Shown: positions 12,642 through 26,345, counted from the whole stretch's first letter. The stretch: 57,136 nt of DNA, filler included, from Sphacelaria rigidula (GCA_964200075.2; 5 parts of 5 records of this genome joined end to end with filler, not necessarily neighbours in it); one strand, 5' to 3'. Program-made: numbers and translations. The notes: generated from the letters alone by a model not told the origin.

Positions 12642-13674
12642 TTGGAATCCCAAGTGTTGTCTGCTGATAAAGATAAGGATGAGGATGACGAGTATGGTAA
12701 TGATGACGGTAATGATGACGATGCTAGGGATGTGAGACCTCTGCTGGAGGAGATGTGCTGCCAAAGGATAGCTCAAGATTTTCAGCTGGTTGAAAGGGTC
12801 ACCCAGGACGGCAGTGCTCCCGGGACAGCAACGCAGGTGACTCTCCACGAGCAGTGCCCTCTGTTTGTTCTTCTCTCGTCGTGTACGCGCACCTTGATTT
12901 GTGGTACCATCTTGCTGCAATTGATTGTCCCACCGGTCCCGAGAACCGTTCTGACAGACCCCGGCCAGGGTAACGAGCTTTGTGTTTCTATGGCACAGTA
13001 GTTATCTAGATACTACGTTTCAATAGGAGATTCACGCACGTTCTTCTTAAGGAGAGGATATGCATGTAGCAGCAAGATAGCACTACATTTGAAATGCATC
13101 TGTGGTGGTTCACCCTGTGCTCCTAACCGCTTTCCTCGTGATGAGCCCGTAGTCTTGGAGGGTGAACACGGGTCTCCCCCGGCACTACCCTGCCTTGTAG
13201 TTTAGCATCCAGCATCGGATCAACACTCTAGCAGCCGCAAGTGACTTCGATATATATTTTATTTTTCCCCTTTAGCTCGCGCTCTGCTATTTCCCAAGGC
13301 GGAAACTTGCGGGAAGATAGCAAAATTAACCATCACTGAAATGATTCAAGCCCGTTACCCGCTCAAACTAGCCGACGGTGAACCAGTTTGTTAATACATC
13401 TATGGACAGTCCCCCAACTTGTTCTTGATAGAGGATATTTTCCCGCCCCCCACCCCCGTTGTTCAAGAGGTGGGTAGACGTCTTGTTGTCGCAATGGCGC
13501 CCAAAAATCGAGAGTCATCCTGGTCCCTCTCGCGCCATGTATCCCTTGCCTGTGGTCTGCACGTCGGCGGGCGGGTGGTGATTTTGTCTCTGAGTCTTTG
13601 CTTGATGGGGTGTTCAGAATATTGGTATCGAGCTTACGCGAACATCGGCCCCAGCACACACCCCACCCCCCTTA

Positions 13675-13910
13675 ACCCCATCTATATGCAAGATAATCTA
13701 GTACGCTTCGAGCTGAGCAATGTTGGCAGGGCAGGATGCAGCTCACCCCTCATGAGACTCGCCGAACATATCACGGCGCTTCGCGCTTGGTGACTAAGCG
13801 CGAGCCTGTTCCGGAGAAAACCCGGCGTGCGCCGTTCCGGCTTTGTAAGGATGCGTGGTCAATGGTCTTATGACTACGGTATGCAGTATCACGAGTACGA
13901 GTACACCCTA
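13675..13910 (+). repeat. Dispersed repeat family 1 copy
   Basis: Aligns by eye with ~200-395. Confidence 0.85.
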
Positions 13911-13961
13911 TACCATCCTCGCGCCTTTACCCCGCATTGTCCCGCAATATCCCGCCACCAG

Positions 13962-14183
13962 GCCAAAGCCCCCAGGCATTCGAGCGTCGTCGCTCCAGAC
14001 CGGGCGTATGACAGCCTGGCGCGTCGGGCGGCTGAAATGGCGGCTCCCATCGGACAGAAGACTGCGCATGCTCCGGGGATAGGGGCGGGGCGCAAGCTGC
14101 AGGATAAGGAGGGGCGGATTGTGTACGTCTTGTCCATGGGCCATCGCGTGCAGACTCTTACTTACGACAGCTCGACCAACACG
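13962..14183 (+). CDS. DEPDC5: DEPDC5/IML1 (GATOR1/SEACIT subunit), internal exon
   Basis: cag|GCC...ACG|gtgcgt, 74 codons ending YVLSMGHRVQTLTYDSSTNT, matching the Iml1/DEPDC5 LSMG.xH.L.YD motif. Confidence 0.8.
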
Positions 14184-14822
14184 GTGCGTGTGATTCGAGT
14201 GGCTTTGCTTGTATTTGTACACACTCCTTTTTTAGTTTTGATGTTGATGATGATGCCGGGTGCTGTCTATCTTCCTTTCGGTTTTTGATGTAGTGGTGGT
14301 GCTTGTTTTCCGTCGATGGTGCTTGTTTTCCGTCGATGGTGCTTGTTTTCCGTCGATGGTGCTACGCGTTGCATTATTTTGCTGCTGTTCGGCTGCTGTT
14401 GTCGCTGTTGCCCTCCGTTGTTCCTGCCAGGGCGCGAATTCACCGGGCAAGTTGCAAGAAAATAATCGAGGGTACCGGGGGCGGCCATGCACGAGAATGG
14501 CCTTGTATACTGCAACATTAAATGAACTTTGCCGCAAACGTTATTTGTACCGCGGGTTGACGTGGATAAGTACGTCCGTATGTCCTTGCGTAAGTCGTGC
14601 CGCAACGGATTGTGCCGCGGGTGCCCGTTAACCCCATGACTGCGCGGAAGTAGTCATTTTTCATTGAGTCCGTGTACACTCGATGCTAGCAAGCATTTGT
14701 AATTCGATTGTTGTACACGTGTGCTTGTGCATTCATGATCCCGGAATATTCGCAGCTAGAGGCTTGGGCACTGTATACCCGTGTCTACCGTTTGAACCGC
14801 CGGGCAACTTGTTGCGCCGCAG

Positions 14823-14927
14823 GTGGCCGTGAAAAAGTACGTTCAGAAGGCAGGCGTGAACGTCCCCAACAATCGCTACGAGTACAAGTACTCTCTCTGG
14901 CTTCCGCAGATGGGACACTTGCAGACG
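14823..14927 (+). CDS. DEPDC5: DEPDC5/IML1 internal exon
   Basis: AG/GT bounded, 35 codons VAVKKYVQKAGVNVPNNRYEYKYSLWLPQMGHLQT (V.V.+Y and Y.Y.LW motifs). Confidence 0.82.
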
Positions 14928-15426
14928 GTGAGAAATGATGCCATACGCAAGGAGAAAATAATCCTGTGACAAAAAAATTGTTGGGTGTGCGTACTCGCCA
15001 AAGCCGTCATGACCACGACCATATTTTTTGTGCACTTGCTGAGGGAAAAAAAAAAGTGGAAGCGTGAAAACCGATGTCGTAATGGATCATGCCCATTCGC
15101 TGTATTCTCACCCTTGCAGATGGAGAACGGTAAAAATACTAAACTGCATCCTCTTGTGCTGTATGGGACTTGTCTTTACTGGTATTGCTGTGCTCTTTGG
15201 GAGAGGCAGTTTTGCGCTTAGTGATTACTTGTTTTGTAGGTTCCAGATAAAGTTTCTTGGAGGTTTAATTGCGGTTCGAAACGTGGGCTCTGATGAATGA
15301 TGTGTACATATATATTTGTGTGTGTTCTTTCGGCTCTCTTGCGTGTGTCCGTTTTGTTGTTTTTAAATTTCATATTGGCCCCTGTTTTATTTTATTTTTC
15401 TCGTTTATTTTTTATTTTTTTTGCAG

Positions 15427-15561
15427 GTCCAGCAAACGTTCCTGAAATTTCCTCCAGAATACAACTTCAATCACGTCGACAACATCCTCAGCGGATACCG
15501 GACTCAACTCACCGACTCGACCAAGTACAGGCGCATTTTATTTTCGATCATTCCTCCAAAG
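15427..15561 (+). CDS. DEPDC5: DEPDC5/IML1 internal exon
   Basis: 45 codons VQQTFLKFPPEYNFNHVDNILSGYRTQLTDSTKYRRILFSIIPPK, resembling YNWN..D..+.G....K+WR..F.++P. Confidence 0.85.
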
Positions 15562-16054
15562 GTCAGTATTGACTACACCCGGATTAACGGGGATAAGGTA
15601 CAACTCGCGTATGGTGTTGGTCTGTGAAAGGTGCTTTTGTGTAGGGTGTCACCCTACATTACGGTTACGCCTTTCACAATCCTGACGAGGTACTGGACTC
15701 ACCTCCCCGAGCCCCAAGTTCCAAGGTTGCCCAAGCTCGATCAATCCTATCGCACTGCACGGGGAGTGCCCGCACAAGGTATGTGTAAGCTATGTAAACC
15801 ACGTGGATAGTGTCGTCGGCGTAGTGGCACACTCTGCTCATGGGGTCACATCAAGTGCTGAGCTTGCTGTTTTTGACCCATCCCTGCGAGGATACAAGGC
15901 TTAGCTGCGTGCAAGGCCAATCCCCTATAACAGCGATGCCTGGTGTGCAAGCGTTAACGGTGTACTTGATTTAGCCCCAGTTTTTCTTCGTGCACCCTTT
16001 TTTCCCTCGTGTTTATTTGTCCGCGTCGTTTTGTACGTTTTTTTGTCCATGTAG

Positions 16055-16305
16055 GTCACCAACAAGGAGGAAGAAGACGCCTTCGTAAACGCCATGAACA
16101 AACTGGCGGATCACCTGAACATGAAGAAGCAGGCAAATTTCGAGGACGACAACGGCGACGAACAGGCACCCGTCTCGTTCGAGTTCAGAAGAAAGTTCTT
16201 GGACGATTCCCTGGAGCAGGAGGAAACGGTAATTGGTGGAGCTGCCCAACGGAAGGGCTTCCATCGCCGAGCGTCGGAGCCTGATGAGCCTACCGTTGAC
16301 TTCAG
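16055..16305 (+). CDS. DEPDC5: DEPDC5/IML1 internal exon (donor could instead be at 16228)
   Basis: Polypyrimidine tract then tag|GTC, phase 0, VTNKEEEDAFVNAMNKLADHL...EPTVDF. Confidence 0.7.
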
Positions 16306-17208
16306 GTTGGTTATGGATCTTCATGTTACAACTACCGATAACAATATCATTTGCCTGGTTATAACTCACGTATGATCACCTGTGCTTGACAACGGCGGTC
16401 AACACTCTGCCTCCCTAGGCGATATTTTTTACAACACCAAGATTCTCAACAGGAAAAAAAACCGCACTACTACTAGATCTCCTACGGAGCCGGGTCTTGA
16501 CGATATTATTCTATCTAATGACCCAAGCTTTGGCCTTACCAGAACTGTCATCCTGGCGAATCTTTTAGGCTGAATAAAAAATATATATCACCAGTGATGT
16601 GTTATGCCTCGGTGTGCGCACTACATGTAGCCGTACCGCACAGCTCCATACTTTCCTCTGTCTGATTTTTTTTTTTTCAAGTACCAACAGTCCCATAGCT
16701 GACCATCCCGGGGTTTCGAAGGTTGCAAGTGTAATGACAGCCTATAAAATAGCTAACGGCCTTGTAGTTTTTACGCGGTGGGTGGGTGTAGCTAACATCC
16801 TTCACTTCTTCGTCAACATTTATTTTTCACGGCTGTGCAGCTCGTCTTAGATTCCGCGACCGAAGTCAAGGCTGCCACATGTGCGCACTCTCCCCACCAG
16901 AATTCGACGAAAGACATCCCCCGAGTCCGGGAATCGAGCTATGGATGTCATTCGATGGAGGGGTCTCGAATCCGTGTCATGAACGCACGCTTTTGTAGCT
17001 GCAGTAAGCCACGTGCTAGAGCGTGGGAAGTACAACATATGCAAAATAGGCAGGAAAAAAGATAAGGAAGCCTATGGTGCAGATGAACGACCCACGTTGG
17101 ATCCGACGACGACCTTGCCCAGCGGACTAGTCATGTGTCGGATAAGGGCTTGAACGAAGAACACGCGTTTTTGCAATGCCCTTTTTGGAGAGCGAACGTT
17201 TTTAGGGA

Positions 17209-17209
<1 letters not shown>

Positions 17210-17244
<35 letters not shown>

Positions 17245-17245
17245 G
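17210..17245. repeat. (TA)n microsatellite
   Basis: Direct reading of the sequence. Confidence 0.9.
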
Positions 17246-17468
17246 GTTTTGCCAAGTTCTCCACGGAAGACAGCAGCGGCACGTTATTGAAAAAGCTTGC
17301 CGCGACGCCGCGGCGATGAGTGGTACAACTGGGGTCGTCCGGTCGGACAAGTGCGGGCTCAACTCTCGGCACATGCTGTTGAGTGTTTTGTTCTGAAAAA
17401 TATCCGATTTCTGTCGTTGTAAGGCCAACTCTAATGAGCACCGTTCAAAACGTTATCTTGAAAAGAAT

Positions 17469-19117
17469 CAGGGGTCTACACGTTACACGTGCCACAGCGT
17501 TACACGTTTCGTTCACGTTACTTTTTGGCCGAAAACGTAACGTGAACGTTATTTTTTTACGCGATGAACGTAACCTTAATTTTTCGAATGAAACGTTAAC
17601 GTAACGTTTAAAAAAGTTAACGGGCCAAACGAAACGTGAAGTGAACGTTCACAAATTGCCCAAACGTTCAAAACACGAAATATGAAACGTTTTATGTAAC
17701 GTGTAACGTATATTACACGTTACATGAAGCGGTGCACACTTCAAGTTTGCAATGAATTTTGAATTCCTTGAAGACAAAGTAACTACTATACAACGGTACA
17801 AGTACAGGCCGTGTATTTTGCCAACAATACGAGGTTATAAGCATGGGCTGTACTTGGCAAACATAGTACAAGTGCAGGCTTTACTCTGCAGGCACAGGAG
17901 TGTAAGGTTACAAGTACAGCCTGTACTTGCGAACACAGTACGAAGTGGTTGCTGTAATTTGCAAATAAACCGACAGTAGTAGTACAAGAATATGAACACC
18001 ACGTGAATTGCACACACCGTATTATAGTACGAGGTAGTCAGTCATTCTGTTCGCGAAAACGGGAGACAGGCTCGCATTTGGGAGCGCTGATGTCCGTGAT
18101 GTCTTTAGTTCTACACCGTCTTGACTGTAAGGTTCAAGGGTACATGCAGATACACGTTCATGGTCGTGCATGCAGATGCAGAGGAAATGACTTCTGCCTG
18201 CACAACGGTACACGTGCAGGCTCTACTTTGTTTGCAAACACCTGTAACCGTCTCGGATTAATAAAAAATGGGCTCCCGAATTAAAAAAAAAAAAACGATA
18301 CTAGCTCGGTCATAATAAAAAGCGTGGGTGGAGTTGTATTTCCCTCCACATGGAGGGATATAATGTTTCCGCTAGATAAACACATTGATTGCCTGGACCG
18401 CGGTGTAAACCTGTCATGAATGAATGCATACATACGTACATACGTCTGCCTTTGACGGCCGTGATGAACTATCTTATTTGTCTATGTATGCATGTACACA
18501 TGTAACATATATAATACCAAGGGTACCCGATAAAGTTTTGTCTACGAAATACCGGGACGACTCAAGCCGGCGTTCAATCATCTGTTCACGATCTGTTGTG
18601 GATGCAGTATGTGCTGTCGTGCGAATGACCAAGCATTTGAAAATTAAAAATTGAAATCACGAAGATGAAATAAAAAGAGGAGATATGAAAATATTGCGGT
18701 CAAGCCCGAATGAACGATACACTGTAGAGAAAGTAACGTTATACAATCAGCTGATGTGCCTACGCTCAAACATACGACGGGCCACCGTCAGCGTTATGTA
18801 CACGGTAACATCACGCGTTACACGACACGTTACAACGCCTTGAACACTGGTGAATGAGCCGCGACATGCACAGAATAAAACGTTGCATTCGAACGTTCCA
18901 CGTGTCGACGAAACGTTATATTATACGTTACACGTTCCACGAAGCGTTTCATATTATGTTACATGTGACGAAACGTAACGTTTTATTTTTGACGTAGTGA
19001 ACGTAATGTGAACACAAGAGTTAAATTTTGAAATAAAACGCTAACGTAGCGTTATTTTTTTTCAAGGTGCCAAACGAAACGTAACGTGAACGTGACTGTG
19101 TAACGTGTAGACCCCTG
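17469..19117. mobile_element. Non-autonomous TIR DNA transposon (CAGGG termini, hAT-like)
   Basis: Perfect 20-bp TIR CAGGGGTCTACACGTTACAC; dense AACGT/ACGTT subterminal motifs at both ends; no transposase ORF; TSD not clean. Confidence 0.8.
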
Positions 19118-22100
19118 AAAATTTCCATCGCCGTTTTTTGCCTGCCGCGGTTTTGAACGGGGGCCAAAAAACACGCTTTTATGGCATAAAAGTTGGCGTG
19201 TTACGTCTGGAAGTTGTGCACCTTTACAAAAGCAGCACCCGAAGAAGACGTAACGGCTACACCGCCATCACGTTACTTTTCCAACTTTGTGTCAACCGCA
19301 TTTTGTTCCCACCCAAATCCTGTATAGATCAGACCATCTCGGTCAGTCTCGAGCATGGATCACACCGTGTTCGTAGGGCTCAAACGCACTACAGTCGGTA
19401 CAATAGCGACAACTATAGCGTAGAAATGATTGATGTAGCCACCAATCGCATTGTTAATTTCACGTCACCTTGATAACACTACGCATCCAACACCATGATG
19501 GCGCTTTTGGCATTGTGTACCGACCGGAACACAACACCAGTACAGCAGTTCAGGCGATCCTCAGCGCAGATCAAACCGTCTTTGCAGGGCACCACACTAC
19601 CGTATCAGCTACAGGACAGGAATGCTGGGTCTGCCCACCAAGGATCTTGTTCATTGGGAAAGGCATAACATCCAACTAACGCATGCTGGCTATAGAGCAT
19701 TTTCAACTTGGACGAGATAGCACTGCCTGACGACTGCAATTGTTTGTACCACAATAATAGTAGTACAGTAGCTCAGGTAATTCCAGCAGAGATCAGACAC
19801 TTTTTTTCAAGGTCCAAACACACGACAATACAGTGACAGGTGCAGCACATGAGAGACCCGTACGTATGTGTGCCGTAGTACAGTCAACCATGACATATGC
19901 CTTATTTTACTTATTGTGCCGAATTCTAAACAGGTTCTCGAGCGTTTTTTATTCGTCTTGATTCGTCTCCCGATTCTGAGCGTTTGGCTGAAAATTAGGG
20001 TCTGTTCAGAGTTTTGGGGGGTCACTTTTGTTCGCAATCACGATTTTGTTCGACTTAAGTGGTTTTTGTTACCACCCGTTGATTTTTGTCGTTATAAAAT
20101 TCGACCGGATCGCATTAGAGTCGGTCTAAACGTCAGGGCGTGAGTAACGCGCAAAAGAGTTTGTTTGACGAGAGTCGACGCGTTGCGGGAGTTCTGATGG
20201 TCATGATCCAATCCGCGATAATACAAAAATACAAGGCGTGTACGTGTACAGGGAGAGAGAGAAGCGGAGTTGTCTCAGCCCTACCAGCGCGCACTCTTTC
20301 CCTGCGATACTGTTTTGCATCCCCATTTGCCCAAGGGTTCTCGGTTTGATTGGGTTCGGGGATAAGATGAGGGTTAACGGTAGGGCTAGGGTAGGGTTCA
20401 GCGGGAAAACAGGGTGTAATAATGAACTACAGTATCTGACACGAAACTCGCTTATCCATCTGGTTTTAGGAGCTTCTTCTCTCCGCGCTCACGTCGCTCC
20501 TCCATGGTGTTTCCGACAGCTTCCACCTGTCTCGAGCCTGTTTTTATTGATGTAGCCCATGCTTTTCCCAATAGTTGTACGGTACACAAGGTTCTCGAAA
20601 TTGAGCCCTTGGGCGTCCGACCCCCCCCCCCGTCCCCCGTCCCCCAAGATCGTCCACGGTCAAATTTGACTTCGGGTATGTCTTTTTCAAGTGGCATGAC
20701 ACGCCTATTTATCTGAGATCGCTTCTTATGGTGAACGAAAATAAAAAATGGAAAACTGTCTTTCTGAAGCTTCTGCATCGTTTCACGCCCTAAAAAAGAG
20801 CTAGGCGGAGTTTGACACATTGAAATGCCTTGCTGTACTCGTTGAGACTGTTCAGCACACCTATGCGTTGTTCCGGTGGCCGCACTTTTTTTCTCGGCCA
20901 AGCTTCTTTTTTCTTGCTCATTTTTCTCGGAGACCGGTCAAGATCGCCTTGGCTTAGAAGCAGCCTTGATACTTTCAAGGGATTGTCAGCGCGCCTCCCG
21001 CATGTCTTGATGGGACACTAGATATAATTTCGTCTCAACTGTACTCTACAGTAACGCGCTGCTACATCAGCGGCTGAACAAAGTACACAGCAGTATGGTG
21101 CCCTTGCTCTCTGCTGCACACAGTACATGGTGTACGCTTGGAATACTCTGAACATATATATATATATATATATATATTCTGTGTTATTCGTGAGTGCGCA
21201 GCTCTTGACAACGCAAGAGGGGGTAGATTGGCAAAGACTTCAGAGAGCGAAAAGTGTTCTTGTTCAAAATCATGATAAATCTTTGTGTCTATGTCTATGA
21301 TTGAATGATTGATTGATTGCGCACTCTATGGTTGATGTGAAATTATGAAATATGGCGTCACCTCCAGGTGGGCGATGCCTTGCGGTTCATATGAGCTGGG
21401 TCAGCTTAATCCTTAGACAGCAAGCGTCGCCTCAGAATTCTTTCACAGGATGACAGTCCGGAGACACTCGGAGGTTTCCAGTGGCGGGTGTGTGTGGTTT
21501 TTGGAGGGGGGGGTGTCTGTCCGCAGAGGAGCCGACAAGCTCACCAAGTCAACCATGTGTGTTTGGAAGTTTCCCGCGGAAAATTATCAGCCTTGCACGA
21601 GGTCCGAGAGGCGCGGGATGCCCATCCTGACCAATCACGGTCGTCAAAATGAGCTCGTCCTTCCGGTTCGGGTGGACTACATCGTACTAATTCGCTGTCC
21701 ATCCCCACGACTCATTTTGGTCATGGAAAATCAACCATAGATTACATGAGTACAACTAACGTGCTTTGTATTCTGCTCGTGGTCTACGCCGCCTGCCCGA
21801 CCCCTCATATGCTGCCAGCATAGCTTCACAGTGTCTGTAGTGTTGTTGTTGAGCACTAGGCAGAGGCATCAGCAGCATGCAGTAAATTGTGTTCAGTGGA
21901 GAGCGATGTCACACTTATACTGCCTCTTGCCGCTGTATCTAATGAAGACATACAGCACACATACGTACCGTCTCTGCACGCGCAATTGACTGCAGAGTCA
22001 AAACTGGTCGGGGGTTCTCCGGGACTGTTTTCTATATAGATGACAAATACCCACATGTTGATGAAAAACTGCGTTTTGTGTAGCGAGAAATGAGCAGTTC

Positions 22101-22717
22101 TTAACCCCAAATATGGCATAGTCCAACTCAGTCCATCTGCGAGGAGGTTGCTGTCTAGGGGTTGAAGCATTTTTGGGGGTTGACCAGCTTCGCACGGCCC
22201 GTTTTCAAGAGTTAGGAGCAGAAGTTTTGGCACAAGATTCATATCAATACGTAAAAACGCTGCGTCTAAGCCGAAAGAGAAGATATATAGAAAATTAGAG
22301 ACTGTTGAAAATTCTCACAAAACTTCAAAACGTCATAACTCAACAAATGTGTATATTTTCGGCTGAGGCAATACGTTTTCGCGTATCGACTCGAATGTGC
22401 GTGTAAAAATCCAGTTCAAAACTCCTAAAATTGAGGCGTGCATTCCACTTTGTGTGTGACACCGCTGCACCCCGTTGTTTGGCTGATGAGAGAGTTCGAA
22501 TTCTGACACATGATGTTTTTTTGTGGTTCTGTCGTAAAGGTTATATATTTTGCAGTACATTTTTTTTGTTTTAATTTTTACCCCAGAGCGTGCATTAGCA
22601 GGTTAGTCTGCAATTCACAGCGATATACTGTGCTTACATCAGGTTGATTCGAGAAACTGGAGAGCTATCGTGTGCTAGAGGAATACGAGCTTTTTCGGCT
22701 CGCCCATCCATTAGGAG

Positions 22718-22796
22718 AACTTCGTGTGTGTTGTGTTGTGTGTTGTCGTCCCATTTATTCTGGGCACCAGTCTACACCTTTCGGTGTATGTGGGTG
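22718..22796 (-). repeat. 3' end of a second SINE-like copy, cut by the contig end
   Basis: Reverse-complement similarity to ~12560-12641. Confidence 0.65.
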
Positions 22797-22896
22797 NNNN
22801 NNNNNNNNNNNNNNNNNNNNNNNNNNNNNNNNNNNNNNNNTTAATTAATTAANNNNNNNNNNNNNNNNNNNNNNNNNNNNNNNNNNNNNNNNNNNN
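22797..22896. other. Artificial contig linker
   Basis: N44-TTAATTAATTAA-N44. Confidence 0.98.
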
Positions 22897-23234
22897 TTGC
22901 CCACGCATTGATTTCTCTTTCGAATTCCTTGTCGAACTCCGTGCTTGTTTCTGGTGTTCCTAGTTACCAGGGGGCGGATGGGTTGCTCCCTCGAGACTAC
23001 AGATTCGTCTCAAGGGAGGGGAGGGGTTGAAACCATGATGAAATTAAATAAAGAAATGTTTACGTTGCGGTCGTGGCCGGTTTGCGCTACTGATCATTTC
23101 GCGCTGTCTTTCAGATTTGCCAGGCTTTCGTAGATTGTACGGTTGACATTGGTTGACGAGATACCGGTACGCGGGAACTTCAATATGGCATCAAACAAGT
23201 TGAATTCAACGCTTCGAATATATGGTTCTCTCAC

Positions 23235-23375
23235 CTGTCTCTGTCTCACTGCGCCCTGTATCACCAGAGCCGCCGCCGTTTTTTTCTCGTACGCTGCCCT
23301 GGCTATCCTTTCCATCTGCCGAGCCGCCGACAATACGTACTGTTTTTTCACGTTGTGTACTCTTCCTACGGCGCG
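23235..23375 (-). CDS. Multi-EF-hand protein exon with an IQ-like motif
   Basis: cag|CGC...CAG|gtgaga, 47 codons ending AAALVIQGAVRQRQ. Confidence 0.68.
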
Positions 23376-23466
23376 CTGTACGAAGTAAACCGCGAGGCTT
23401 CAACTTACCTCGTAAATGATCTGGATGGCCTAGTGCGGTACCGCACCACTGTCGCAGTCTTGCTAA

Positions 23467-23723
23467 GACTGATGCTACGGTAGGGGCACACAAATATTCC
23501 CTGAGGTTAGAATTGTTAGAAGCCCTTCATCTCATCCGAAACACGACTCATGAAAATATGCGAGAGTACGCCAGGATTACTATTTCAATGTGCTGGGGAT
23601 ATCCCGCATGAATCTGCAAACGGGGATGGCCTGACCCATTTTCTTGCGCGTCTAGAGTCGTTAGTAGCCCCTGAACCAGACAAAATTTCGTGGAAAAAGT
23701 GCACCCCTACCGTAGCATTGCTC
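23467..23723. mobile_element. MITE (Sola2-like), copy 1
   Basis: TIR core ATGCTACGGTAGGGG; 4-bp TSD CTAA/CTAA; homologous to 26823-27078 in the opposite orientation. Confidence 0.85.
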
Positions 23724-23937
23724 CTAAAAAACTGCAGCACCTTTCCGACCTTTGTAGATGCAATGGGCGCCGCAGAGAATATCTGTCTGACTGAGGGAGT
23801 CGCTATTTTTTTTCGCGATGGGGACCCAAAAAATATCATGCGTAGATCATTTGAGGTACTCGTTGTACGTGATTTCAGAACCCGCGGTCAGCAAATCACT
23901 ATTAACTATCTATCGCTACATGTCCACTTCACCTCAC

Positions 23938-24750
23938 CTCCTCTTGCGCCTCGTCGTATGCGAGCCCTCCTCTCAAGGCAGGACATTGCTCACACAGCAA
24001 GTCCCACAAAGTAGGAACGGATACCAAACGCACGGTATAAGTGACCTTGGCTTTTCGTCGTCCTCTCTCTTTCTCTTCGCCCATTCGACGATACTCGACC
24101 GCATCGATAACTAATGCTATCTCCTTCTCATCTAGCAAGCGTGTGCTTTTCTTACCGCCGGGGGCCTTTTTGGCAGTCCCTTCGACCTTGCCGCTGGTCC
24201 TACTTCCGCTCGCAACGTTCATGCTCGGAAGAGTTATTCGGTGCCCCCATTCCCCTGTGCTGTCTAAGCCCGCGTGTATTTCCCACGGCTTCGCGGAGTC
24301 CGCGTCGTAGTCGCCGCTCAAGAATCGAAGCCAACGCCGCATATCAACGGCCCGCATTACTCGAAACCCGCCTCTGGTGCTGCAGTTTTGCGATTGTTTG
24401 TCATCGTGGCCATTTCCGTCGAGCGGACGCGCCCCGAAGTCATATAATGCTAGAGTTGCTGCGAGTGCAGGCCCGGACCTCACTCCGGTCTCCACGCAAT
24501 ACCATCCGATCTTGATAATCGCTTCTCGACAGTCGTCACCCGGCCGTCTTGGGTGTGAAGTGAATCCATCCCCTCGAAGGCGCTTGAGGGCTTCGATAAC
24601 GTCGTCACGGCTGACGCCTTCGTGCGCAGACGTTGGGGGTTGGTGGAACAGGCTCTCTAGGTTCGGGAATTCCTCGTGAAAAGCCTTACGTCTTCTTTTC
24701 CCAGCTTGGGTACATTCCCATCCGTATCTTCGGTAGAAACGAATGGCGGA
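23938..24750 (-). CDS. Multi-EF-hand protein exon (donor could instead be at 24034)
   Basis: aag|TCC, SAIRFYRRY... open through AYDEAQEE|gtgagg. Confidence 0.7.
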
Positions 24751-25235
24751 CTTGGCAAGACAGTAGTGTCGTACGCGCGTGGTTTAAGGGTGTGCATAGT
24801 CGGGATCGGTCAAGTTCACGGACGAAGTGCAATGAAAGTGAGTGCCAAAAAAGCGGAGCGTATACGTACGCAATTGTGCCTTCCACCATGCTCGATCCCC
24901 ATTTCTCCGATCAACAGCTTGTGTCGTATTCTTTTGTGTGGGTCAACTGTTGCGACGCGAAGGTGTCGGCTATCCCGCTTCAGCTCAACGTCAGAAACGG
25001 CAAAACAGGTGTTGTTCACACCTTTGAGAAGCAAGTACCGATGAGATTATCGTACAGCACGAGCATAGAGCAATCTTTACTGATGCTAACACTATATACT
25101 CATGGGAATTCACCAGTTTACATGCAGTGAGCGAGATCCGATACCATGCATCCCCACAGGCTTCTCGAGCATTTAGTCATCTTTTTGCCACCCCCTTCCA
25201 TTCGAGTGATGTGTCCCTGCCGTCTGCAAGCCTAC

Positions 25236-25363
25236 CTCGAGCTCCTCGCACTGTATTGTGGAGTTTCTGTTGACATCTAGTATGGACACAAGGGCTTCCG
25301 CCTCTGAACGCTCGAGATGCAGTCCCAAGGCGTGCCGTGTGTTTTCGAGCAGATCGTCCACTC
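25236..25363 (-). CDS. Multi-EF-hand protein exon
   Basis: Phase-compatible; VDDLLENT...LVSILDVNRNSTIQCEELE|gtaggc. Confidence 0.82.
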
Positions 25364-25730
25364 CTGCATTCTCAGTGAAATACATCGTTGTCGTTTACAA
25401 AAGACGAAGAGTGGCTCGTGTTAGTACTCGCGTGAAGAGTCGATCTAACGAAGGGGTATGGGTGCAGTATGAACTTCTGGTCGTATGCACAAAGATTTTC
25501 ATTCTCTAAGGCACCAAAGGACATCCGGGAGAACTACTAAACGCAATAGCCGACGCCAGTTGAAGCTTTTTTTAGACACGCAAACCCTGAGTCTTCCCGT
25601 GCTATTATGCAGTGCCACTTAAGACGCATCGATCTACGTCCACCTCGCACACCTGAGTGACTAAGATGGGGTTGAATGTTGCGTATCACAATGTTATAAA
25701 AGACATGCACGGATCTCATTGCACCCTTAC

Positions 25731-26010
25731 CCAAGTCCCCTGATCTGGCTTTGTCGACATCTCGGAAGACATCCCTGATCTGGAATTTTCTTTCGCGCAG
25801 TTTGTGCGACACGGCGTCCAAGAAATGGATGGCTGTAGACTGGTGCAAAGTTTCCATCGTCTTCATCATTTTCGACTTCCCGGCCGCTTCCCGTTCCAAC
25901 ATGGCGGCCGCCGCTGCGCGGCCTTCGCGTTTTTTTCTGCGCCTAACTGTGAGTATTTCGCTCGGTCGCACCATGTTCTCCAACACTCGTTTAAAGTCCA
26001 ATTGGTTGAC
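25731..26010 (-). CDS. Multi-EF-hand protein exon
   Basis: VNQLDFKRVLE...IRDVFRDVDKARSGDL G|gtaagg (phase 1). Confidence 0.82.
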
Positions 26011-26177
26011 CTGGTCATCAAATACGCAGCCGGTGGACAGGCTCAAGGCTCGCACCGCACCTCAACCGCACTTCTAGGCGCTTTCAAAGTCCAAAGCACG
26101 CAAACTTGTACTTCTACTCTCTGTGGTATACTCTCATCTACAAAGTTACAAGCGCATCTATTCTCGATGTCGCTCAC

Positions 26178-26345
26178 CCCGCCGGAGCCGTCCTTGTCTG
26201 CCTGATGAAATTCGACGACGAGACGCTTTCCACGAATGGCCGCGAGATCGTCAATCTTGGCTATCACCACAGAAACGCCGGCGTTCTCAGGGCGAAAAAG
26301 CCTCTCCCGCAGCGACAACGTCAACTTGGAAATGCGTTGGAGCTC
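26178..26345 (-). CDS. Multi-EF-hand protein exon
   Basis: 56 codons ELQRISK...EFHQADKDGSGG|gtgagc; the loop is completed by the next exon (VNQLDF). Confidence 0.82.

Noticed and set aside
705..16305. VAC14 next to DEPDC5 as a vacuolar PI(3,5)P2/TORC1 gene cluster
   Set aside because: They lie on different contigs joined by an artificial linker, so the adjacency comes from size sorting.
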